The notes under the pieces were generated by a model. It saw only the letters and a program-made list of their open reading frames with translations. It ran no database searches and had not been told where the DNA came from. Both the position numbers and the translations under genes were made by a program. From NCBI GenBank assembly GCA_000004985.1, contig GG738852.1: a stretch of 64,000 nucleotides of DNA. One strand, written 5' to 3'. Below are positions 42,733 to 53,048 of this stretch, one piece after another; positions within the stretch are counted from its first letter, which is position 1; each line of letters begins with the position of its first letter. This stretch comes from Naegleria gruberi (Eukaryota).

Positions 42733-45134
42733 ATGACTCTTTCAGATGGTGTGATTGGTCCACTCGGAGATGATGAGGTTAGAGTGATGGATAAAGCTAG
42801 TGATGGTGAATTATTACCAGTGGAAGAGGAGGAGAAAACTAATAACGAGTGTGGAAATGGTAAACATTGGAGTTTGGCACAATTTTTCAATAATCAATTG
42901 ACTATTGATAAACTTCAGACAGATTACATGCTCGAATATTATACTAATTGCCACAAGATTCATTTGGAGAAAAAGCTGCAACGAAAAGGTTTAGAATTTT
43001 CACCAAGTTTTTCCAGAGACGATTTCAACACATTGTTGGACGCTGTTGAAACATTTACAATATCTCAAAGTGATTTTCCAAGAGATCCATCTGAAGAGGA
43101 TCCACTTTGTATTGGAGAGGAGGGATGGCATATATTGTGTCATTGGATGCAACCTCTTTTTAAAAAACAGGGAAAGAATGCATCTTCACTTGAAGTGGAG
43201 CCACAATGTGAAATATGCCAAAAACATGAGAATATTAGGCAAGCTTTTGAGAAATTTAACAATACGAGAGTTCAATTATTTGAAGGAACTTGTCATACTC
43301 CACTGAGTGTATTTGAAAAGTTTGTTGATTTGTGGAATCAACAAAAATATTTACAATATTCTCGATTTGAATTGAGTGATCATGGATGTGCCAATATATT
43401 TGCAAGTGGACTATTGAATTGTACACTTACTCATTTTGTTTTTGTAAGTATAATGAGATTTTTTAAAAATCAAACAAATTCATGAAGGGAAGAGATTCAC
43501 AAGGTGAAAATCCACAAGATCCTCATCAATGTGTTTGTATACTGAACGCTCTCGAGCATAACACATCAATTGTTTCAATTGATTTAACTGATCTAATCAT
43601 TGTTCATGACTCTGTTGCAAAAGCAATTGCTAGCATGCTTAGAAATAAGAAGAGTCTCAAAAGATTGGTCATTTCAAAATTGAGTTTATCCAAGACAATT
43701 TACAACACCAGTATTATTGATGCTATAGTAGATTCATCAATAACCCAAATAGAGATTTACACCTATGATGGTAAATTGAATAGCAATTTCAGATTTTTAG
43801 AAAATTCGAGTAGAAATGATTTGAAAAAGTTGGCATCCAAACCATTCACCAGTTTTATGTTTATCAGTTATAATTTTACTTTCCCAATTGATTATTGCTA
43901 TTTATTTGCGGAAATGCTAAACAACAAATCCATAGATTATTTGCATTATAGTATTGACGATATTGATGGAGTTGTCAGATCTGAAGATGATCCAGTTAAT
44001 GAATATCAGCAATTTATTGACAATCTCTATAGTGTCATTGAGAAAACTGAAGAATTTTATTTCAAAGGTCATTATCTACTCAATTCCACTCCTAAACAGG
44101 AGCATCATATTGTTAAACATGGAAAGCGAATAACATCCTATTCACCCTATTTGAAATTCCTACAAGTAGCCACAAATTCAGAAGAAGATGTGAAACTTTC
44201 CCAAATAGGATTTTTACGTGTAAAATATTTTATCAATGTTGGATTCCCTCGAATAATTCCATTCTTTAGTAGGGTCGTAAAGACTACACTCAAATTGAGT
44301 AAAATGAACGATGAGCGGATGCAAATATTTTCAAAGGCAATTTTGAGTGCTCCACTCTTGGAAAAGCTAATTCTGATTAGAGTTGATAAATTAGGTGTGG
44401 AAACCCCATTCTCACAATATTTCAAAGTTCAAAACAATAGCAAGTTGAGAAAGATAATTTTCTCAGGAACAAACAATAATACTCTTATGGATGCATTCTC
44501 CACATTTTTGGATTTGAATTATTTCCCTCACCTTACTGCTTTTTATGTACGAGGAAAAGAAGGAGAGATAAGCTTTGAGGCTATTGAAGTATTGATTAAT
44601 TCGATACAGAGACAAGACCCATTCTATCCTAAAGGTTTAAGAAAGTTAGAACTTTTGGAGGGATCCATTAAAGACGCTCAAAGCACAGAATATATACTGA
44701 AATCCCTTACTAGCAATAGACTTTTAGAAACATTGGGTATAACCAAAGCACCTCTCGAAAATATAGATATATTTGTAGATTTCATCATTAATAACAAGTC
44801 AGTGACCGAACTCAAACTTAATTACTCAGATTGTGTCACCATACCTGCGGATTTAATGTGTACAGAAGAACAGGTTACACCTCTATTTTTGAAAGTTTTT
44901 GGAGCTTTTCAAATCAATTGGACCCTACTTGCAATAGATTGGTACGTTGAATACTATTGGAATACCTTTGAGTTTGGTACAGTGAATTATGTTGGAGAGC
45001 GTTTCCTTGTAGAAAGAATAATGAGTAGAAATAAGGCTCAAAAACATATCAACTCTCTCATGCAACCAATCCTTACACAAGTTGACAAGTTTAATCAATT
45101 GTCTGATATTACTTTAATTTGCAACAACCAATAA
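42733..45134 (+). CDS. Leucine-rich-repeat (RNI-like) protein. Exons 42733..43443 and 43488..45134; 44-nt intron GTAAGT...TGAAG.
   Basis: Two ORFs abut at the tcATGAagg overlap. A phase-0 GTAAGT donor and AAG acceptor join ...LNCTLTHFVF | GRDSQGENPQDPHQCVCILNALEHNTSIVSIDLTDL... LRR-like periodicity continues downstream. The intron model has moderate confidence. Confidence 0.45.
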
Positions 45135-45171
45135 ACAATGTGTGTTTACAAATTTTAATCAATAATAAAAA

Positions 45172-45557
45172 ATGAATCCACATATTCGTAGGCAGTCCAT
45201 CGAGTTGTAGGTATTTTCCGAAATCACCAATAAGTAAACTCTACTCATTTGGATTTACAATTTTTTGTGACAATAAATAGATACAAAAGATTTATTACTA
45301 TTTTACCACTGTATCCAGGAGAGCAAAGTGTTTCTCTTCTCAAGGAAAGAGTAAAACGAGCATTTAAAGCCAATATTGGAAAAAGTGATTCGGAAATTGA
45401 ACAAGCATTGGCTAGAGGAAATTATGTTTACAAAGAGGTGGAGGCACTAATTCAATTGAAAAAGTATAGAACATTGGATAAAAGATATTCTAGTCACAGG
45501 CAGGAAATGTCTGCTGAACTCTTACAATATTTACAATCAAATGAAAATATCAATTGA
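45172..45557 (+). CDS. LYR-motif (Complex1_LYR family) small protein. Exons 45172..45206 and 45281..45557; 74-nt intron GTAGGT...AAATAG.
   Basis: Splicing gives MNPHIRRQSIEL|L|YKRFITILPLYPGEQSVSLLKERVKRAFKAN... The junction creates the LYK (LYR-like) motif, and the downstream basic/Phe pattern is typical of LYRM/ISD11/NDUFA6-type proteins. Start is only 38 nt after the LRR gene stop. Confidence 0.5.
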
Positions 45558-45559
45558 AC

Positions 45560-46844
45560 CTAATGTTCATAATCCTGAACTTCTAACCATGCAATTCTTG
45601 CTTCAACAAGGTGTCTACCTTTGTATTCAACAAGAGTTTGGAGTTCCTTTCCACCAATCTTCATTAGCAAAATGTTATCCTCCTTTTGAGTCCAAATATT
45701 TCTCTTATCATCCTCTGACAAGATTACATTATCATCTAATAAACGAGCAGCCAGTTTGGCATTACCACTACAAGCATAGAGTGAATGAGTGACATATTCG
45801 GTTGGCTTAGAAGAAATATATTTAAGGTCTGTAACTAATTTTTGAGCTTTTGTAGTTTCTTCATCATCTGGTGTAGCTGATGAAGAGCCTTCATTGCCTG
45901 GTGTTGATTTCTTAGGTGTTGATGACTTTTTTGGTGTCGAACCTTTCTTAGGGGTGGCAGCTTTTGGTGGTTCAGGTTCTTCGATTCTCTCCAATTCTCC
46001 TAGTTGTTTTGATCTCCTTTTTGATTCTGCTTCCTCCACTTCCTTGGCAATCTTTTCTTTCAATTCAAAGATAAAATCTTGGTATGGTCTAAAGAAGTCA
46101 TTATCCTCCTCGTCATGATCCTCAATATCTTTTGGTGTAAATTCAAATTTAGCAGTTCTGTAGAAACGTCTACTGATTCCAGAACTTTGTCCTTGTCTTT
46201 CCTGTAAAATATTTGACAACATTGTAAATACTGCCTTGTCGACTACTGATGGAATTTGGCCATCGTAAATATCATTCACAAGACGGAAAATTCTTCGATC
46301 CTCCTCTTCAGTGAAATTTTTGGCTCTCTTTCTATCACTTGGTGGTGTTACAATCCTCTCCGAAGTTTCATCACCTTCTCTTGATGGAATTCTGTAGGAA
46401 GATGGAGTTGAAATGTAGGTTTTTTTCTTCTTTGGAGTGCCTTGATTATCATCTGCAGAATCTTCTTCTTCTTCTTCCATCATCGTCAATCTGTTGTTTT
46501 GCTGTACGTGGTCTCTTGAGATATTCTCTTGCTTCTTCATCCTCAGAGTCCGGAACGATTTGTTGATCATCATCAGCAGCTTGTGTTTGTAATGTTGTTT
46601 CTGTACGTGGTGATTTCTTTGGTGTATTACTATTCTTACTTGGAGTATTGTTGCTCTTGCTTGGTGTGTTACTTTTCGAAGAAGAAACAACAGGTTGTGA
46701 GTCGACAGGACTCATTTCCTCTTCCAATCGGTCATTTTTATCCCTTTGAAATAATGGTTGACTAAGCTCTGGTGTACTGCCGTTACTGCTAGCAGTAGCA
46801 CGTGATGGTGAAGATGGTCTTTTTGGTTTCCTTCCTCTAGGCAT
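45560..46844 (-). CDS. Charged nuclear-type protein with an AT-hook-like N-terminus (MPRGRKPKRP) and a C-terminal Myb/SANT-like segment. An apparent 1-nt frameshift lies near 46465-46480 in a GAA-repeat.
   Basis: Strong A-rich start at 46844. ORF 46449..46844 and ORF 45560..46690 are in different frames. Removing one G in gatgatGgaagaag reads ...KQQIDDDEEEEEDSADDNQGTPKKKK... seamlessly. The C-terminus (NIWTQKEDNILLMKIGGKELQTLVEYKGRHLVEARIAWL) is Myb/SANT-like. The stop is 2 nt from the LYR gene stop. Confidence 0.4.
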
Positions 46845-47050
46845 TTTTTTTAATTTTATTTTTGGAGGGAAAATCTTATCACTATCATTTCCATGGATTC
46901 ATCAAACCACCAAACTCTACATTGCCCATAAGAGTATTAATAAAATAGACCATTCATAAACCAGTTACAATATTGGGTATTATATTTATTTTGTTTACAG
47001 TTATTAATTTTACTTGTATTGCTTTTTATTTATATTTAATAATTAAAAAA

Positions 47051-49318
47051 ATGCCAACCTACTTTCTATTTATTACGGCTGTGCAGGCGTCATCGTCCTT
47101 GTGGCTTCAGAATACTTCGGACACATTGAAGAGTTGTAGGTTTTAATAGTTTTTATTCATGTGATTAAAATACAAAAATTTATTCTTGTTTGACAATATT
47201 GGATCGGATCTAGATGCAAATAAAATTGCTCACAAAATTCAACAAAATCACAAATTGGAGGAAATTGGAGTTGTTTCATATTGTCAAGATCTTGTGGAGG
47301 AATGTTATCCTTCTAAGGATACTAATGAAATTTGTACAAAAATTGAAGAATTAACATTTAGGAATTTTGATTATTCTCCAGATATCATGTCTGGATTAGT
47401 ATCATGTTTTAAAAAGATTGAAGAAACTCAAGGAATGCACACTCATATACAAATTATAATATTTACCGATTATAATGAATTGAATGAAATGTTCTTCAAA
47501 ATCAGACCACCATTCCCTGTAAAATTACATGTATTTTCTATGGCCAAATCACACCACGTTTTGAAACATATTCCTATAACAAGTACAATTGAATCAAGCA
47601 CTGCAACACCATCAGAATCAACAAAGTCATCAGATATTTCTACTAATACCAATAACTTGAAACAATTGACCAAACTTTATACAGGTCATTGTTATTTCTT
47701 GATACCTACCACTAAGAATAATATTGACGAATCAATATTGAGTGAATTTATCAAGAAGTGTTATGACAAGTATAGTGGATATTTGGTGTTTGGTCACTTG
47801 GTTTCACCAATTGAATTGCATCCTGATCCAAACCTTGTCATGTGGCTTTTGGATAGACAACATGATGGAATCCATCCAAGTGCCTCCATGTTGGAATCTT
47901 CTTCATGTTCTGCCAATGAAAGACAATGCCATGTACCACCAATTTTGAATATTGTAGGATTTATTCCAGGTACTGAATTGTCCTCACCAAAATGTATATC
48001 AAAACATACCATTCTTCCTCTCAATGCTGATGACAATGAAGTACCTTATGGTGTCAGAATGTCCAGAAGAGATAAGGAAATTCAATTTGGCAAGTTTAAA
48101 AAAATTGTCAAGGCAGATGCATGCAAGGCTGATGAAGCACCAGCCAGTTTTTACCAACTTTTACACATGACACTTTCAAAATCTAGATCTTTGGATATTC
48201 CACCACCACCTGTAAATAGTGAAATCGAAGAGACTCAAAATCAAAATGAAGCAAAGAGAATTTGTGCCATTGTAAGTCTAGGAGGAATCCCAGAGAGATT
48301 TGCCTATGTGACAGCATGTAATGATGGCGAATTGTCCTCTCTTGTCTTGGGTATTTTCAATGAGGAGCTTGAGTTTTCTGTCAGTGAAGAGTATTGTAGA
48401 AATATTCCAAAAACTCAACTAGCTCACAACAATTTGGCCTATCCTTGGTTAGAGACCGGTGTCGGTCAAATGGTAGAAGAAATGTCAATAGCCAATGCAA
48501 AAGATATAGAAAAGACTGGTGAGCAATTTGATCTCTTTTCCAAGTGTACAAATTTAAAAACCTACAATTATGATCTCAAGCAAACCAAGAATGTAATTGT
48601 ACCTTTCCAAAAAGTTGAAACATTATCAAATGATTTTGGTAAAATCATTAGAAATATCAAGAACCTTCCAAAGAAGACTGATTTGGTCACTAACGAATGC
48701 GAAAAACTGAGATATATCTCCCAAGTCTTTCACAATAGCTCCATTATTGATACTCTCAAGCAATTGTTGGAAGAATCAATTGAGAAGAATAAGGAGAAGG
48801 TAAAGACTGAACAATCCACAGAAGCACAAGAACAATTACTCAGATCGAATAGAATTTTGAGAATTATCATTGAGCAATTAGAAAAGAATCCAAAAGCCAA
48901 ATTGAAACCACCAAAAGGAGAACACTTGTTCGAATCAGTGAGTCAAGAGCTTGCCACTATTAAGCATCAACACTATGAACAAATGCAACACCAAGTTCAT
49001 CCTCAACAGCAAATGCCAATACATACTGCCCACCATGTTGTTCCTCAACACCATTATATGGTACCAATGCCAGCAGATTCATCCCCACACGTCATGCCAC
49101 AATATCCATACGCAGCTCAACCATTGCCTTACGAATCAGGTTACCCACTCCCAATCCAACAAGCACCTCAAGTACCTTATCCTTATCATTCACACGCTCA
49201 TCCTCCACCAACAGCTCACTATGCTCAGTACGATCAACACTACATGGGTCAAGCCAATCAAATACCAATGGATCCTCATCAACAACATGCACCGCCTCAC
49301 AAGAAGCAAAAACAATAA
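47051..49318 (+). CDS. Hypothetical protein with a hydrophobic N-terminus and a Q/H/P/Y-rich C-terminus. Exons 47051..47135 and 47214..49318; 78-nt intron GTAGGT...TCTAG.
   Basis: The main ORF has no in-frame ATG for ~200 nt. An upstream GC-richer mini-exon with a consensus aaaaaaATG start (MPTYFLFITAVQASSSLWLQNTSDTLKS) splices in phase 1 to (Y)ANKIAHKIQQNHK... The intron model is moderately supported; function is unknown. Confidence 0.4.
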
Positions 49319-49488
49319 AGTTTATTTTCAAGTTTTGTGTGAATAAATTCTTGTTTGAGATCTTTTTTGTAACTGGCTCCATCTTTCAAAAATCATCCAA
49401 CATATTACATGTAAAAGGGATGCTTGGCAACTTAATGAGAGAATCAGTATTTTGTGAGTGATTGCTACAAAATTTCAATTTGAAAAAA

Positions 49489-51270
49489 TTAGTTTTCATA
49501 GAATGGAAACATGTTCTGATTGCTTTGGTCTTGATTAGTTTCTTGTCCATTAAATAAAAAATCTTCTAGAGACGAATTGAAAAACAAGTAATTGTCTTCG
49601 GAGAAATTACCAGCAGCAAAGGAGGAAAATGATGCAGAACTAGTGAGCCCAGATGAACCTTGAGGAACAACATTGTGATTCATTGTGGAGGCTGTCATGT
49701 TTGAATCTTGGGGAGGTTGTGAAGGTGGTTGTTTTTGTCTCATAAATTCTGACATGAGTTGGTTTTGAATCTGGAATGGAACATCCAACTGTCCATACTT
49801 TAGGGCTTGCTCATAGAGTGGTAAAAGTTGACCAAAAGGATTATCGCTACCAATGGCATTCACCAATTGATGATTATTTCGTTGTCTTTCTAATATTGTA
49901 CCGAGGATATCTTGAAGTTTGTCCTCTTCCTTCTTCTTTGATGACATGACCTTGTTGGTGATAACAAAATTACCAGTCAGTGAGGATGAGGATGAAGGAT
50001 TTGGCATTCCATTATTTCCCATCATTAAATTATTTTGATAATAGCCATTCATAGCTATTCCATTCATATACCCTCCATTATTATTGCTAGGTGATTGATT
50101 ATTTGATGATGAATTATTTGATGACGATGAAGAGTTTGTACTATTGGGCGTTTGCAAACTTGATCCCAAATGTTGCCCCGATAAAGATGTATTTGTTGAT
50201 GATGAAACACCACCAAGCATTAGACCATTCTGTCCACCACCACCAACACTACCATTATTACCCACCACCATATGAAGTTGATGATGTAACTGTTGTTGTT
50301 GTTGTTGAGCAACGGAGGAGGGAACTTGTTTCATTTTTTCACTCTCTGTTACGAGTAATTGTCTGAGGAGGTAGAGTTGTTCCAATTCTTTTGGAGTGAG
50401 AGAAGTATTCGAGTTGCTATTGGTGGAGGTGGTAGTATTGGAGGAGGTTTGGGAGATTGGTGTTGTTGTTGGTGTTGTATTGTTGTTGCAGCTGCTGCTA
50501 TTATTGTTAGAGGAGTTATTGTTGTTATTATTATTGGAGGAGGTTGGTTGAAAGTGAACAGAGCAATTGGCACCATTGTTATTATTGTTCTGGGGTGAGA
50601 GTGTATTGAGGAGGGAAGTAAAGAGCATGGAGGAGGGAACTTGATTAGGTTGTTGTTGGAGAGACATTTGTATGAGTTGATTAATCATTTGTTGATTATT
50701 ATTAGTATTGGAACCACCACTATTAGCACTGATTGGTGTCAAATTGGAGGATGAATTGTTATTGTTGTTGGGTGTTGTTGTGGTACTCATTTGTTGATTA
50801 TTATGATTCGGAGGAGAGGATGAATTGTTGTTGGCAGCTCCCATGAGCATCTTCATCATGGTTTGTTGTTGTTGGGGAGTCAAATTAATATTATTATTAG
50901 TAGAGGAGGAATTGGATGAGCCTGTTGAGGAGACTGGTGATTGTTGCTGCTGTTGATTCACTACATGGGAAAGAGCCTGTTGAATCCAATGATTGGGTTG
51001 TTGATGATGATTCGGAGAGTTTGTTGCATTCGATAGTAACATGCTTGTCAATTGTTGCTGTTGGAGTGCACTCAATGTTGGAGGGTTGTTGTTAGCATTG
51101 CTCGGAGAAGAGGAGGATATATTGTTGTTATTGTTATTACTCGACAGCATTGAATTATTATTGGGAGTAGTATTACTTCCTGATTGTTGTTGTTGTTGTT
51201 GTTGATTCATCATTAATTGAATCATGGATCCTAGCAATTGTAAGGATGGATTGTTATTATTATTGTTCAT
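49489..51270 (-). CDS. Q/N/S-rich low-complexity protein (593 aa), possibly a transcriptional coregulator.
   Basis: Uninterrupted ORF with long poly-Q and poly-N tracts flanking short structured islands (LTPKELEQLYLLRQLLVTESEKMKQ; DKLQDILGTILERQRNNHQLVNAIGSDNPFGQLLPLYEQALKYGQLDVPFQIQNQLMSEFMRQKQ). Confidence 0.4.
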   Translation of the reverse strand: MNNNNNNPSLQLLGSMIQLMMNQQQQQQQSGSNTTPNNNSMLSSNNNNNNISSSSPSNANNNPPTLSALQQQQLTSMLLSNATNSPNHHQQPNHWIQQALSHVVNQQQQQSPVSSTGSSNSSSTNNNINLTPQQQQTMMKMLMGAANNNSSSPPNHNNQQMSTTTTPNNNNNSSSNLTPISANSGGSNTNNNQQMINQLIQMSLQQQPNQVPSSMLFTSLLNTLSPQNNNNNGANCSVHFQPTSSNNNNNNNSSNNNSSSCNNNTTPTTTPISQTSSNTTTSTNSNSNTSLTPKELEQLYLLRQLLVTESEKMKQVPSSVAQQQQQQLHHQLHMVVGNNGSVGGGGQNGLMLGGVSSSTNTSLSGQHLGSSLQTPNSTNSSSSSNNSSSNNQSPSNNNGGYMNGIAMNGYYQNNLMMGNNGMPNPSSSSSLTGNFVITNKVMSSKKKEEDKLQDILGTILERQRNNHQLVNAIGSDNPFGQLLPLYEQALKYGQLDVPFQIQNQLMSEFMRQKQPPSQPPQDSNMTASTMNHNVVPQGSSGLTSSASFSSFAAGNFSEDNYLFFNSSLEDFLFNGQETNQDQSNQNMFPFYEN

Positions 51271-52228
51271 CTCTTTTCTACAGAAAACTTGTTAAGAAGA
51301 AGGAGGATGAAAATGTAAATACTGATATTAATGTAATGGACAATTGATGATATCTTGTCTCTCTCAAAATTACGAAAAATGTGTTGACTGATTCTTTTTA
51401 CTTTGGGATATTCTGCCCAATTATGCAATATCTTTGACAATTGACGTTTATGCAAGACAATTCACAGTAATAAATAAACCTATTTTCCACAATCTTGCTC
51501 TATTACTCCTCTATTGATTCTTATGTGTTTTGAGGCAATCGAAGAAATGAATGAACAAGCAAATAAGAGGGCAATGAAGTGTTGTGTTTTTTTTGTTCTC
51601 CGTAGTTGCGTGGGATTCTCAAACATTTGGATCATACGTTGCATGCAACTTGTTTAACAAGTTCTGAAAAATTCAGATTTTCATATGTGGAAGGATGAGC
51701 TGTCTAAGACATGTATGGAGTGATCTTTTTATTGTGATAAGGAAGGAAGATGATGACGTTGTTTCAAATTGAAACATTCATTGTAAAATCAAATAACAAA
51801 GAAGAAATGTATTGCAAAGAAGGATAATTATGATGAACTAGCTCTTTTAAAGATGTGAAAATACACCAAACACAAGAGTTGGCAGATAGCAATTAGAGCT
51901 TACTAAAATTGTCACACCGAATTGTAACAACCCGTTTCAACGAAAATTTCACTAATCGAATTTTCCAATCAAATATTAACAATTAGTCCTCAAACTCTAC
52001 TAATCCATCTTCTCACATTATTGACCTCAATCATGACAAAACCATACCTTCCACCAGCTGGCATAAAAATCACTATAAAAGGTCATGATCATAAATTAAC
52101 CACAAAATAAACATCCACATCGCTCCACTCGTTTAAACAACACAAAAAAAATTGACAACACAACTATTGCACACAGTATCTGTTTACTGCATTCAACATT
52201 GTTATCATCGATCATCTTTTTTGAAAAT

Positions 52229-52945
52229 ATGATCTTTAGACAACTCTTCTCTGCTGATACATGCACTTATACATTCATTTTGGGATGTGAAGAGACTGGA
52301 CAGGCTGCTCTCATTGATTCAGTCTATGAAGAATTGGCCAGAGATGCCAAATTGGTTAAGGAATTGGGACTCACTGTTACTCATTTACTTGAAACTCATG
52401 TTCATGCTGATCATGTAACTGGTGGTTTGGAGATGAGGAAACAACACTTTCCACAAGCTACTCAAGTATATAGCATTCATTCGGGAGTTAATTTCAGTGA
52501 AGGATTGACTTTGGTCAAGGAGGGAGACGTTATTCAAGTTGGTTCCTCTGTAAAGCTTCGTGTGTTGGAAACTCCTGGACACACCAATGGTTGTCTCACT
52601 TTTTTCACTGAAGATAAGACAAGGGTCTTTACTGGAGATGCCTTATTCATTAGAGGATGTGGAAGATGTGATTTCCAACAAGGAAGTGCCTCCAAATTGT
52701 ACGATTCCATCATGAAGATTTATTCAACCTTACCTGATGAGTGTATTGTCTATCCTGGACATGATTATAAGGGAATGATTTCATCAACTATTGGTGATGA
52801 GAAGAAGAATAATCCGAGAATATTTGCCACTCAAACTCGTGAGGGATTTAGTGAAATTATGAATAATTTGAAATTGCCAAATCCTAAATATATTGATATT
52901 GCCTTACCTGCTAACTTGTTGGGTGGTGTCAAGAAGACTAACTAG
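52229..52945 (+). CDS. ETHE1: ETHE1 persulfide (sulfur) dioxygenase, metallo-beta-lactamase fold.
   Basis: Near-collinear match to ETHE1. The N-terminus IFRQLFSADTCTYTFILG matches ILLRQMFEPVSCTFTYLLG. Further matching motifs are THVHADH (metal site, ~52394), ETPGHT.GC, FTGDALFIRGCGR.DFQQG and YPGHDY.G. The ORF track starts at TTG 52199; ATG at 52229. Confidence 0.85.
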   Translation: MIFRQLFSADTCTYTFILGCEETGQAALIDSVYEELARDAKLVKELGLTVTHLLETHVHADHVTGGLEMRKQHFPQATQVYSIHSGVNFSEGLTLVKEGDVIQVGSSVKLRVLETPGHTNGCLTFFTEDKTRVFTGDALFIRGCGRCDFQQGSASKLYDSIMKIYSTLPDECIVYPGHDYKGMISSTIGDEKKNNPRIFATQTREGFSEIMNNLKLPNPKYIDIALPANLLGGVKKTN

Positions 52946-53048
52946 ATTTGAAAATTTATTCTTTGTATATTTTAGTAAAAAAAGTATTGTAATAACTACA
53001 ACTGTATTAATTGAAAATTTGAAAAGTTATTCTGTGTAATCAATCCGT

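Noticed and set aside
47051-47135. A ~58% GC island inside AT-rich intergenic DNA, considered as a small ncRNA (snRNA or snoRNA).
   Set aside because: It has no snRNA or snoRNA box motifs. It starts with a consensus AAAAAAATG and ends at a GTAGGT donor that splices in frame into the ATG-less ORF at 47186. It is best explained as coding exon 1.
50060-51240. CAA/CAG/AAT-rich microsatellite-like tracts, considered as simple repeats.
   Set aside because: They are in frame and encode poly-Q/poly-N within long ORFs. They are coding low-complexity regions, not non-coding repeats.
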